Shown here one piece after another: positions 19,515-28,241 of a stretch of 64,000 nucleotides of DNA. The first letter of the stretch is position 1. The number at the start of each line of letters is the position of its first letter. The notes beneath the pieces are model-generated. The model saw only the letters and a list, made by a program, of their open reading frames with translations, was not told the DNA's origin and did not search any database. This stretch comes from Gammaproteobacteria bacterium (lineage in GTDB: Bacteria > Pseudomonadota > Gammaproteobacteria > Eutrophobiales > Eutrophobiaceae): positions 2,189,384-2,253,383 of the forward strand of contig OZ244905.1 in the NCBI GenBank assembly GCA_965221695.1. The letters run 5' to 3'. The position numbers and the translations under genes were made by a program.

Positions 19515-20675
19515 ATGCGGGCTGAAGCACAGGCGGTCATCCCGCTCATTGTCGCCCTGGCCGGCGTTAACGGATCGGGCGCGCAGGAGCAGGTCACCGA
19601 CCCCGGGATGAGCGTCGAGCAACGCCTCGATCGTATTGATAGCGCGCTCTCCAACCAGGGCCTGCTGGAAATGGTGCAGCAGCTTCATGCCTTGGAAATG
19701 GAGGTCAATCGCCTGCGCGGCGAGACGGAAACGCTAAACCACGCGCTTGAGCAATTGAAAAAGCGGCAGCGTGATATGTATACGGACATGGACATGCGCA
19801 TACAGCGTTTCGAAGACCCGGATACCACACTCATCGGCGCCGCGCCGGCGAACGACGAGCCGCCGTTGCAAACCCTGTCGCCGTTTGCAGAGGCAGAACC
19901 AACAGGCGCCGCGCAGGCCGAAACGCCATTGACCCTGGAACTGGTCGGGCAGGAATCGGACCGCGCCGGCGCCGGCATACAGCCTTTAGCCACTGTTCCG
20001 GACCAATCGGCGGCGCAGCCGGGTATTGAGACCGCCCCGCCGCCAACTACGGGAACCAGCCGCACGCAAGAAGCAATCGCTCCCTTGACAGCTCCCTCGG
20101 ACGAGCCGCCGCAACAGGCTATTGATCCTGCTTTGGCGCCCGGACCCGCTCCGGCGCAGGAGATGGCGTTGTCTGGACCACGAGAAGACATTTCCGCAGT
20201 AACGCCGACGCAGCAACCGGCAGCGCCAGGAATGTCCGCGAGCATGGCCACGGGAGCGCTAGAGGAAGCGAGTCCGGAACAGATTGCGGCGGAATACCAG
20301 GACGCCTTCAACCTGCTGAAACAGTCCCTGTATGAGCGTTCGGTGACGGCGTTTCGGGAATTTCTGGCGCGCCATCCGAACAGCGAACACGCCGGCAATG
20401 CCCAGTTCTGGCTGGCCGAGGCGCACTACGTGAATGGTTACTTCGAGCAGGCGCTGGTCGAATATAACACACTGGCGCAGCGCTACCCCGATAGCCGCAA
20501 ACTCTCCCAGGCAAAACTGAAGGCCGCGTTCTGCCAGTATGAACTGGGCCGAGTAGACCCTGCCAGGCAGCGATTGGTGGAAATCATTCAGCAATATCCG
20601 GACACGACGGCCGCCAGCCTGGCGCAGAACAAGCTGGCAGAGATCGCAGCGGCGGCTACTCTCCCAGTTGAATAG
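19515..20675 (+). CDS. cpoB: Cell division coordinator CpoB (YbgF), carrying a large Pro/Ala-rich insertion
   Basis: The product has a signal peptide, an N-terminal coiled coil and a C-terminal TPR domain (YQDAFNLLK...AQFWLAEAHY). An insertion of about 150 aa, rich in P/A/T/Q, sits between the two domains. Confidence 0.8.
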   Translation: MRAEAQAVIPLIVALAGVNGSGAQEQVTDPGMSVEQRLDRIDSALSNQGLLEMVQQLHALEMEVNRLRGETETLNHALEQLKKRQRDMYTDMDMRIQRFEDPDTTLIGAAPANDEPPLQTLSPFAEAEPTGAAQAETPLTLELVGQESDRAGAGIQPLATVPDQSAAQPGIETAPPPTTGTSRTQEAIAPLTAPSDEPPQQAIDPALAPGPAPAQEMALSGPREDISAVTPTQQPAAPGMSASMATGALEEASPEQIAAEYQDAFNLLKQSLYERSVTAFREFLARHPNSEHAGNAQFWLAEAHYVNGYFEQALVEYNTLAQRYPDSRKLSQAKLKAAFCQYELGRVDPARQRLVEIIQQYPDTTAASLAQNKLAEIAAAATLPVE

Positions 20676-20827
20676 CTTTCAGGCTGTGACAGACGGGCTA
20701 ACGCCCGCGCTCCCAGTGGTATGAGCAAGCCGCGTGAAGTCGGGCTTGGGTTCGCGGCTGTTGCGCACGCATACGGATGCAAGCACGCCCTACCAGCTAT
20801 GCGCAAAAAACGCTCGCGGCAATTGTA

Positions 20828-21553
20828 TTAAGCTCCAAGATAATCTTCCAGTTGCGCCAGTCGCGCGGGAGTACCGATATCGAGCCAAAGACCCCCATAG
20901 AGCTCTCCGCTGACTTGCTGTGTTTGCATAGCCTGGCGCAGTAACGGCGCTAACGGAAAATGTGTCGCAGAGGCTGCGTCCTGTTGTGCTGATAGCTTGC
21001 CGTTTTTGAGGGAATGGCGGTATAGCGCCGTTTCAACGGACTTGAACAATGAGGGCCGATAAACGCCAATGCCGCTAAAAGTATGTTTGGGCGCGCCGGA
21101 ATCGGACACATTCCCGTTTTGCAAAACGAAATCGCCCTGTGGGTGATGCGCCGGGTTGGCGACCAAAACCAGGTGCGCCTGGTCGGGGCGCGCCGATTTC
21201 AGCGTTTCCAGGGGAAAATCTGTCCAGACATCGCCATTGATGACCAGGAAAGGCTCATTGCCCAGCAAGGGCAGCGCCCGTTTAATGCCGCCTCCGGTGC
21301 CAAGCGGGGAGTCGCCTTCCGGCGAGTAACGAATATTCACGCCAAACGCCGCGCCGTCGTCAAACCAAGCCTCGATACGCTTGCCAAAACAAGAATGATT
21401 AATCACCAGATCTGCAATCCCGGCCCGCGCCAGGGCTTCCACGTGATGTTGTAATAACGGTTTGCCACCCACCGGCAACATCGGCTTGGGCAGGTTATTG
21501 GTCAGAGGACGCATTCTCTCGCCGCGTCCAGCCGCCAGGATCATTGCTTTCAT
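20828..21553 (-). CDS. murU: N-acetylmuramate alpha-1-phosphate uridylyltransferase-like nucleotidyltransferase
   Basis: The product reads MKAMILAAGRGERMRPLTNNLPKPMLPVGGKPLL...VINGDVWTD and is colinear with Pseudomonas MurU. Confidence 0.7.
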   Translation of the reverse strand: MKAMILAAGRGERMRPLTNNLPKPMLPVGGKPLLQHHVEALARAGIADLVINHSCFGKRIEAWFDDGAAFGVNIRYSPEGDSPLGTGGGIKRALPLLGNEPFLVINGDVWTDFPLETLKSARPDQAHLVLVANPAHHPQGDFVLQNGNVSDSGAPKHTFSGIGVYRPSLFKSVETALYRHSLKNGKLSAQQDAASATHFPLAPLLRQAMQTQQVSGELYGGLWLDIGTPARLAQLEDYLGA

Positions 21554-21656
21554 CAGTTGAATCGGAGATATGCGGTCTAATGATGATATTATTAGGGAAC
21601 CTCTGAGATTAAGTCAGAGGCTCCTTGGAATAATACCATCTTCAGGACGTTTGAGT

Positions 21657-22601
21657 ATGTTGATAGCGGTGATAGCGACGCTGGGCGGTCTGGCCCTGCT
21701 GACATTGGGGGCGGACCGATTTGTTGCCGGCGCCGCAAACGCGGCGCGCGCGCTGGGCATATCTCCGCTGATCATCGGCCTGATCGTGGTGGGCGTTGCC
21801 ACCTCCATGCCGGAGGTGTTTGTAGGCGGGGTAGCTGCATGGGACGGAAAAACCCGGATTGCGATAGGGAATGCCTTGGGCTCCAATATTGCCAACATCG
21901 GCCTGGTACTGGGCGCTACCGCGTTGTTTGCGCCGTTGATGGTTCAGTCGCGCACCCTGCGCCGGGAATTTTTTTTCATGCTGGGGGCAATGCTGATTGC
22001 GCTGGCGCTGATGTTTGACCTGCGCTTGACACGGGTTGACGGCCTGCTGCTGCTGGGCGCGTTAAGCGTGATGCTGGCTTGGATTGTAAAACAAGCAAGT
22101 CGCGACGCCGCTGCTGCGCGCGCCGCTGCCGCGCAGGATGGCGCTCTCAGCCTGGGCAAATCCGTCATCTCGATGTTGGTCGGATTGGTGGTGTTACTGG
22201 TAGGCGCTGAACTACTGGTGCGCGGCGCGGTCTATATTGCCAGGGAATTCGGCGTCAGCGACCTGGTCATTGGTTTGACTATCATTGCAGTCGGCACCAG
22301 CTTGCCGGAACTTGCCGCTTCCCTGATGAGCGTTGCCAGGAAAGAAATTGATATCGCTATCGGCAATGTGATCGGCTCCAATATGTTTAATATGCTGATG
22401 GTGTTGGGCATACCATGTATTATCTATCCTGATAGCTTCGGCAAGGAAGTCCTGTTGCGGGACTTCCTCGTTATGTCGGGGTTGACCCTGCTGATGGCGT
22501 GGATGGTGTTTCGCTCGGGTAAAAACAGGCGCAAGCGCGCGCAAGGCTTGCTATTGCTGTTATGCTTTGCCGGCTACCAGTACTGGCTGTTCCATGGGTA
22601 A
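21657..22601 (+). CDS. yrbG: CaCA-family sodium/calcium antiporter (YrbG-like)
   Basis: Two alpha-repeat motifs are present (GNALGSNIANIGLVLG and GNVIGSNMFNMLMVLG). It sits in the position conserved next to kdsD. Confidence 0.8.
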   Translation: MLIAVIATLGGLALLTLGADRFVAGAANAARALGISPLIIGLIVVGVATSMPEVFVGGVAAWDGKTRIAIGNALGSNIANIGLVLGATALFAPLMVQSRTLRREFFFMLGAMLIALALMFDLRLTRVDGLLLLGALSVMLAWIVKQASRDAAAARAAAAQDGALSLGKSVISMLVGLVVLLVGAELLVRGAVYIAREFGVSDLVIGLTIIAVGTSLPELAASLMSVARKEIDIAIGNVIGSNMFNMLMVLGIPCIIYPDSFGKEVLLRDFLVMSGLTLLMAWMVFRSGKNRRKRAQGLLLLLCFAGYQYWLFHG

Positions 22602-22724
22602 TCCCGGCCTGGAGAAAAACATGCCAAACCCTGATGCCATGATTTATGGAAGCTCTGAACAAATCCGCCCAGGACTTGTCACAGACGGCGCATCCCTGTA
22701 CCGTTTGTTAATCAAGGGTTCCTT

Positions 22725-23756
22725 ATGAGAAGCGTTGAAAAAATGTCTCCTGTGGGACCGTCTCTGGCGCCCGGGACAGTCAAACAAGCGGATCCTGAAC
22801 AGCTGATACGAGCTGCCCGCGCGGTCATCGACACGGAAACACAGGCGGTAAGCGCCCTGAAGCAGCGTATAGACAGCCACTTTGTCGGCGCATGCCAATT
22901 GATCCTGGCCTGCGAGGGAAGGGTAGTGGCGCTGGGCATGGGCAAGTCGGGCCACATCGGCCAGAAAATTGCGTCAACGCTTGCCAGCACGGGCACGCCG
23001 TCTTTTTTTGTCCACCCCGCTGAGGCAGGCCATGGCGACCTGGGCATGATCGCCCGGGGCGATGTGGTCATTGCCTTGTCCAACTCCGGCGAAACCGCAG
23101 AGATCAGCGCCTTGTTGCCAGTGATAAAACGTCTGGATATACCACTGATTGCGCTGACCGGCAATTCCGCGTCCACACTGGGAACGGCCGCCACGGTTTG
23201 CCTGGACGTCAGCGTCGCCAGAGAAGCCTGCCCATTGGGTCTGGCGCCGACGGCCAGCACCACCGCGTGCCTGGCGCTTGGCGACGCCCTGGCCATTGCG
23301 CTGCTGCAGGCCCGAGGGTTCAACGCCGAAGATTTTGCCCGCTCTCACCCCAAGGGCTCCCTGGGAAGACGCCTGGCATCGGTGCGCGATATTATGCATA
23401 CCGGGAAGGAAATGCCTAAGGTGAGCGAGCAGACCCTGCTGAGTCGGACATTGCTCGAAATGAGCGCAAAAGGACTGGGTATGACCGCAGTGCTGAATGA
23501 ACAGGGCGAAGTCTCGGGTATATTTACCGATGGCGACCTGCGCAGGGCCCTTGATGCGGGTTTCGATGTTCACACCACCACCACCGCCGAAGTGATGACA
23601 AAAAACCCCAGAACGATTGGTGAAAACTGCCTGGCCGCCGAGGCTTTACAACTGATGGAACATTACCGGATTAATGCCTTGCTGGCGCTGGATAAGGATC
23701 AACGGCTTGCAGGCGTTCTGAACATGCACGATCTGCTGCGCGCGCAAACCCTATAA
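22725..23756 (+). CDS. kdsD: Arabinose-5-phosphate isomerase (KpsF/GutQ family; SIS + CBS domains)
   Basis: The product has MGKSGHIGQKIASTLASTGTPSFFVHPAEAGHGDLGMI and is colinear with E. coli KdsD. Confidence 0.9.
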   Translation: MRSVEKMSPVGPSLAPGTVKQADPEQLIRAARAVIDTETQAVSALKQRIDSHFVGACQLILACEGRVVALGMGKSGHIGQKIASTLASTGTPSFFVHPAEAGHGDLGMIARGDVVIALSNSGETAEISALLPVIKRLDIPLIALTGNSASTLGTAATVCLDVSVAREACPLGLAPTASTTACLALGDALAIALLQARGFNAEDFARSHPKGSLGRRLASVRDIMHTGKEMPKVSEQTLLSRTLLEMSAKGLGMTAVLNEQGEVSGIFTDGDLRRALDAGFDVHTTTTAEVMTKNPRTIGENCLAAEALQLMEHYRINALLALDKDQRLAGVLNMHDLLRAQTL

Positions 23757-23759
23757 GCA

Positions 23760-24356
23760 ATGGTTCAACGACTGCTGATACTGGCATTGCTGATCGGCGC
23801 GGCTGCCGGCAGCGCATGGCTATTGAACTGGTTGTCCGCAGACGCTGATCGTGCGGCGCGAGCCGATGCTCAGGCGCCGGACTATTACATGGAAGATTTC
23901 ACCACACTGACCATGAACCAGGACGGCAAACCGAAAAACAAACTATCGGCGCAACGTCTCGAACATTATCCGTATAACGACGTCACCGAACTTCTCAGGC
24001 CGCGCGTGGAATTTTTCAGAGAGAATGAACTCCCGATCTATATCGATGCCGAAAAAGGACGCCTGATAGGAGATAATGATAACATTCTGTTGTCCGGCAT
24101 TGTCAAAATGTGGGAATACGATGAGACGGGGAGTCCTGTGCTGGAAGTCAGCGCCTCCCAGGTTAAAGTATCGCTTGACGAGGAATATGCGGAAACAGAC
24201 AACTATACGACCATTGTAACCGGCAACGCGGTCATCACCGGAAAGGGTATGCGCGCGTATTTGCCTGAAAGCCGACTGGAAGTAATCAAGCATGAAAAAA
24301 CCATTATTAACCCGGATTCATCGCCAACCGAAGCCAATGTCGCGCCGCGCAGTTGA
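23760..24356 (+). CDS. lptC: LPS export protein LptC
   Basis: The protein is about 198 aa with an N-terminal TM anchor. It sits between kdsD and lptA. kdsC is absent. Confidence 0.8.
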   Translation: MVQRLLILALLIGAAAGSAWLLNWLSADADRAARADAQAPDYYMEDFTTLTMNQDGKPKNKLSAQRLEHYPYNDVTELLRPRVEFFRENELPIYIDAEKGRLIGDNDNILLSGIVKMWEYDETGSPVLEVSASQVKVSLDEEYAETDNYTTIVTGNAVITGKGMRAYLPESRLEVIKHEKTIINPDSSPTEANVAPRS

Positions 24357-24882
24357 CATATTTTTACTCTTGTCCTGCCTGCTCGGGAGCTTGACGGCGT
24401 TTTCCCTGTCTACGGATAAGGATCAGCCCATAGAGGTTGAGGCTGACGAAGCCGAACTCGATGATAAGAATGATGTCAGCATTTACCGTGGTAATGTGAT
24501 TGTGCGCCAAGGTTCCATCCACATGACCGGCGATGTCATGACGGTTTACAGCAAGGGCGGAGATGAACTGGACTATATTATCATCGAAGGCAATCCCGCA
24601 ACCTATAAACAGTTGCCGGACAACAGCAGCGTGCATGATCAGGCAAAAGCAATGCGCATGGAATATCATGAGACGAAGAATCTCGTGGTGCTGATCCGGG
24701 ATGCCTGGGTGAAGCAGGACACTTCGACCCTGGTGGGAGAAAGGATAGAGTACAATACCGAACAAAGCCGGGTAAAGGCGTGGAGCCGTCCCTCTGGCGA
24801 AGAAGCGGCAAGCGCGCCCTCTGCTGAACAAAAGGGTCGGGTGAAACTGATACTGAAAAAGAAAAAGGAACCCGATTCGTGA
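24337..24882 (+). CDS. lptA: LPS transport periplasmic protein LptA
   Basis: A signal peptide ([23 protein letters not shown]) precedes an OstA-like fold ([23 protein letters not shown]). The upstream ATG at 24292 would give an implausibly long n-region. Confidence 0.85.
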   Translation: MSRRAVDIFLLLSCLLGSLTAFSLSTDKDQPIEVEADEAELDDKNDVSIYRGNVIVRQGSIHMTGDVMTVYSKGGDELDYIIIEGNPATYKQLPDNSSVHDQAKAMRMEYHETKNLVVLIRDAWVKQDTSTLVGERIEYNTEQSRVKAWSRPSGEEAASAPSAEQKGRVKLILKKKKEPDS

Positions 24883-24898
24883 ATTGGTCTATGCCAGC

Positions 24899-25624
24899 AT
24901 GAGCGTTTTATCCGTACAGGGCATATCCAAGTCATTCCGTTCACGCCAGGTGGTAAACGACATCTGCCTGACTGTGAACAGCAGTGAAATCGTTGGCTTG
25001 TTAGGCCCGAACGGGGCCGGTAAGACAACCAGTTTCCACATGATCGTCGGGCTGATACCCTGTGACAATGGTGAAATTTTCCTGGATGGAAAAGATATCA
25101 GCTTGTTACCCATGGAAAAGCGAGCGCGGCTCGGTTTGGGCTATTTACCCCAAGAGTCATCCATCTTCCGCAAGCTCACCGTAGAAGAAAACATCCTGGC
25201 TGTGCTCGAGTTGCGAAAGAACCTGAGCAAGGCGGAAGCCAAGCGGCGAACCGAAGCGCTGTTACACGAGTTCCACGTATCACACCTGCGCGACAGCCTG
25301 GGCTTGAGCCTGTCTGGCGGCGAGCGGCGGCGCGTGGAGATTGCCCGGGCGCTTGCCACAGAGCCCCAGTTTCTCTTGCTGGACGAACCGTTCGCAGGAA
25401 TTGACCCCATCTCCATCAACGACATTCAACGGATAACAGGCTACCTGCGGGAAAAAGGCATAGGAATCCTGATCACCGATCACAATGTCTGGGAAGCCCT
25501 GGGCGCGTGCGACCGTGTGTATATCGTTAATGAAGGAAAGATCCTGGCAGAGGGAACGCCGGACGAAATCCTGGCCAATGAAACCGTCAGGGATGTGTAC
25601 CTGGGTTTCGACTTCAGACTTTAG
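24899..25624 (+). CDS. lptB: LPS export ABC transporter ATPase LptB
   Basis: The product has a Walker A motif (GPNGAGKTT), the ABC signature LSGGERRR and a Walker B motif (LLLDEP). At 241 aa it matches E. coli LptB exactly in length. An alternative TTG start lies at 24884. Confidence 0.9.
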   Translation: MSVLSVQGISKSFRSRQVVNDICLTVNSSEIVGLLGPNGAGKTTSFHMIVGLIPCDNGEIFLDGKDISLLPMEKRARLGLGYLPQESSIFRKLTVEENILAVLELRKNLSKAEAKRRTEALLHEFHVSHLRDSLGLSLSGGERRRVEIARALATEPQFLLLDEPFAGIDPISINDIQRITGYLREKGIGILITDHNVWEALGACDRVYIVNEGKILAEGTPDEILANETVRDVYLGFDFRL

Positions 25625-25675
25625 CTCGCCCCGTGTAATTTGGGGAATGATCGGGTTTTAAGCTAAACTTCAGGT

Positions 25676-27133
25676 ATGAAACAATCGCTGGCGCTCAAAT
25701 TCAGTCAGGGCTTGACCATGACGCCGCAACTGCAACAGGCCATCAGGATGTTGCAGTTGTCCAGCCTGGAATTGAACCTGGAAATACAGGGAGCGCTGGA
25801 TTCCAATATGATGCTGGAATTGGACGAGGACAATCCGACCGGCCTGCAGGCCAACGGCGCTGAAACCGGCTCCGCGCAACTCGACGAGTCCGACTACCCG
25901 GAAACCTTCAATCAAGACACCATCCCGGACGACTTGCCGGTTGATACCGTATGGGAAGATATCTATGATGCCGCGACCTATCAGCCACGCAGTGGCTTGG
26001 AGGCGCAGGTCTACGCGGAAGAGTACCGGGATAGCGGAGAGTGTAATCTCCAACGCCAGTTGCTGGCGCAACTTGATCTGGTCACACTGTCCGTCACCGA
26101 CAAGGTTATTGCCATTGCCTTGATCGACGCAATTAATGACGACGGATACCTGACCGCAAGCCTGGAGGAAATCCGCGCCACCCTGTCTGCCGACTTCGAT
26201 GTGGAAGAGGAAGAGGTACAAGCGGCGTTACGCCTGGTTCAAACTTTTGAGCCGGCGGGAGTCGGCGCTCGCGACCTGTCCGAGTGTCTGAGCCTGCAAC
26301 TGGCGCAACTGCCGCCGGACACCCCCTGGCTGGATGCGGCGCGCGTGCTGGCCGAGCAACATTTGCAATTGCTGGCCATGCGCGACTACAAACGTCTGGC
26401 GAAACGTATGAGCCTGGGGCGACAGGAACTCGAACAGGCGGCAGCATTGCTACAATCCCTGCGCCCGCGGCCCGGCAGTCAGGCGCAGGATACCCATGAG
26501 GAGTACGTGACACCAGATGTGCTGGTAAAAAAAGCAGGAGCTTCCTGGAAGGTGGAACTGAATACAGACGCGCTACCACGCGTGCGCATCAACACAAACT
26601 ATGCTGGCATGATCCGGCGCGCGGACAATAGCGCGGATAATGTTTCGCTGAAAAATCATTTGCAGGAGGCGCGCTGGTTCATCAAAAGTCTACAGAGCCG
26701 CAGCGAAACCCTGCTGCGGGTTGCCTCTTGTATTGTTGAGAAGCAACGCGCTTTTCTGGAATATGGCGAAGAAGCGATGAAACCGCTGGTATTGCATGAT
26801 GTGGCTGAAAGTCTGGGCTTGCATGATTCGACCGTTTCAAGGGTGACTGCCAGTAAATACATGCATACGCCTCGAGGTGTATTTGAACTGAAATATTTTT
26901 TTTCCAGTCATGTGAACACAGATCAAGGCGGGACCTGCTCTGCCACGGCTATCCGCGCGCTCATCAAAAAACATATTCAGGCAGAAGATCCTGATAAACC
27001 ATTGAGCGATAACAAAATAGTCAAACTACTGGCGGAGCGCGGCATTCAGGTCGCGCGCAGGACCGTAGCAAAATACCGCGAAGCGCTATCAATACCATCA
27101 TCAAGTGAGCGGAAAAGGACGAACTTATTTTAG
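25676..27133 (+). CDS. rpoN: RNA polymerase sigma-54 factor
   Basis: The N-terminal region I reads MKQSLALKFSQGLTMTPQLQQAIRMLQ. The RpoN box ARRTVAKYRE is at the C-terminus. Confidence 0.95.
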   Translation: MKQSLALKFSQGLTMTPQLQQAIRMLQLSSLELNLEIQGALDSNMMLELDEDNPTGLQANGAETGSAQLDESDYPETFNQDTIPDDLPVDTVWEDIYDAATYQPRSGLEAQVYAEEYRDSGECNLQRQLLAQLDLVTLSVTDKVIAIALIDAINDDGYLTASLEEIRATLSADFDVEEEEVQAALRLVQTFEPAGVGARDLSECLSLQLAQLPPDTPWLDAARVLAEQHLQLLAMRDYKRLAKRMSLGRQELEQAAALLQSLRPRPGSQAQDTHEEYVTPDVLVKKAGASWKVELNTDALPRVRINTNYAGMIRRADNSADNVSLKNHLQEARWFIKSLQSRSETLLRVASCIVEKQRAFLEYGEEAMKPLVLHDVAESLGLHDSTVSRVTASKYMHTPRGVFELKYFFSSHVNTDQGGTCSATAIRALIKKHIQAEDPDKPLSDNKIVKLLAERGIQVARRTVAKYREALSIPSSSERKRTNLF

Positions 27134-27200
27134 CCCGCATTTCCAGTTACTTTTTCCCTGAGTTTTCCAGGGAGTTTTTACCCACATGACGGAGGACATC

Positions 27201-27494
27201 ATGCAAATTAACCTTTCCGGCCATCACTTGGATATCACCCCGGCCTTGCGATCCTATGTGGCGACAAAACTGAAGCGCATAGAGCGCCATTTTGATCACG
27301 TCATTACCGTACACATAATCTTGTCGGTTGAGAAGGAACGAAAAAAGGCCGAGGCAACGATACATGTAAATCGCGGCAACCTGTTTGCCGATGCCGAACA
27401 CAATGACATGTATGCGGCCATTGACAGGTTGATTGACAAGCTCGACCGGCAGGTAAAGAAACACAAGGAAAAATTGTCCGACCACCGTAGTTGA
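27201..27494 (+). CDS. hpf: Ribosome hibernation promoting factor (sigma-54 modulation protein)
   Basis: The product reads MQINLSGHHLDITPALRSYV. GGAGG lies 7 nt upstream of ATG 27201. Confidence 0.9.
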   Translation: MQINLSGHHLDITPALRSYVATKLKRIERHFDHVITVHIILSVEKERKKAEATIHVNRGNLFADAEHNDMYAAIDRLIDKLDRQVKKHKEKLSDHRS

Positions 27495-27516
27495 TCACCT
27501 TCGTTCTGTAGCTTCA

Positions 27517-27978
27517 ATGGAAATATCAGACATTCTGACGCGCGAACACATTCTGTGTAATGCTGAACTGTCCAGCAAGAAGGCTGTGCTGGAGACCCTT
27601 GCGCTCCTGCTGGCTGACGGCGCCGGCAACCGCGCCACCGGGCAACAGGTTTTCAACTGCTTGTTATCCCGAGAACGTCTGGGCGGGACCGGTCTGGGCA
27701 ACGGTATTGCTCTACCTCATGGTCGGTTGAAGAACAACTTTTCCACGACCGCCGCATTTATCAAACTGAAGCAGGGCGTGGATTACGATGCCATTGACCG
27801 CCAGCCGGTTGACCTGGTATTTGCCCTGCTGGCGCCGGAAGACTCGACCGAGGAACATTTACAGATCCTGGCAAAACTTGCTGAGATGTTTGCCAGTCCT
27901 GAATTCTTGACGCGGTTGAGGAGGCAAAAATCTGAAGAAGCGATTTACCAACTGCTTACGGACAGCAAAGTTTGCTGA
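27517..27978 (+). CDS. ptsN: PTS IIA-like nitrogen regulatory protein PtsN (EIIA-Ntr)
   Basis: The protein contains the EIIA-Ntr His motif GIALPHG. Confidence 0.9.
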   Translation: MEISDILTREHILCNAELSSKKAVLETLALLLADGAGNRATGQQVFNCLLSRERLGGTGLGNGIALPHGRLKNNFSTTAAFIKLKQGVDYDAIDRQPVDLVFALLAPEDSTEEHLQILAKLAEMFASPEFLTRLRRQKSEEAIYQLLTDSKVC

Positions 27979-28241
27979 AAAAAAACCTCATCATTATTAA
28001 TAAGTTGGGATTGCATGCCCGCGCCGCAGCCCGGTTTGTGGAAACTGCGGCCGGGTATGAATCAGACATCAGGGTTAAATCGGGAGCGAAAACCGTCGAT
28101 GGAAAAAGTATTATGGGACTGATGATGCTGGCCGCAGCAAAAGGGGCGGAATTGGAATTGACCGTTTATGGCAAAGATGAGGAGGCGGCGCTCGGAGCGC
28201 TGGCGAGACTGATCGAAAACCGCTTCGAGGAAGAGATATGA
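27972..28241 (+). CDS. ptsO: HPr-family phosphocarrier NPr
   Basis: The product reads LIIINKLGLHARAAARF with the active-site His. A TTG start overlaps the ptsN end. No rapZ lies between ptsN and ptsO. Confidence 0.85.
   Translation: MLKKNLIIINKLGLHARAAARFVETAAGYESDIRVKSGAKTVDGKSIMGLMMLAAAKGAELELTVYGKDEEAALGALARLIENRFEEEI

Noticed and set aside
19685-20398. 237 aa minus-strand ORF
   Set aside because: It lies antisense to the Pro/Ala-rich linker of cpoB.
20676-20827. tRNA genes after cpoB, as in E. coli lysT/valT
   Set aside because: No cloverleaf or TTCGA T-loop can be found in this spacer. The conserved tRNAs of that locus are absent here.
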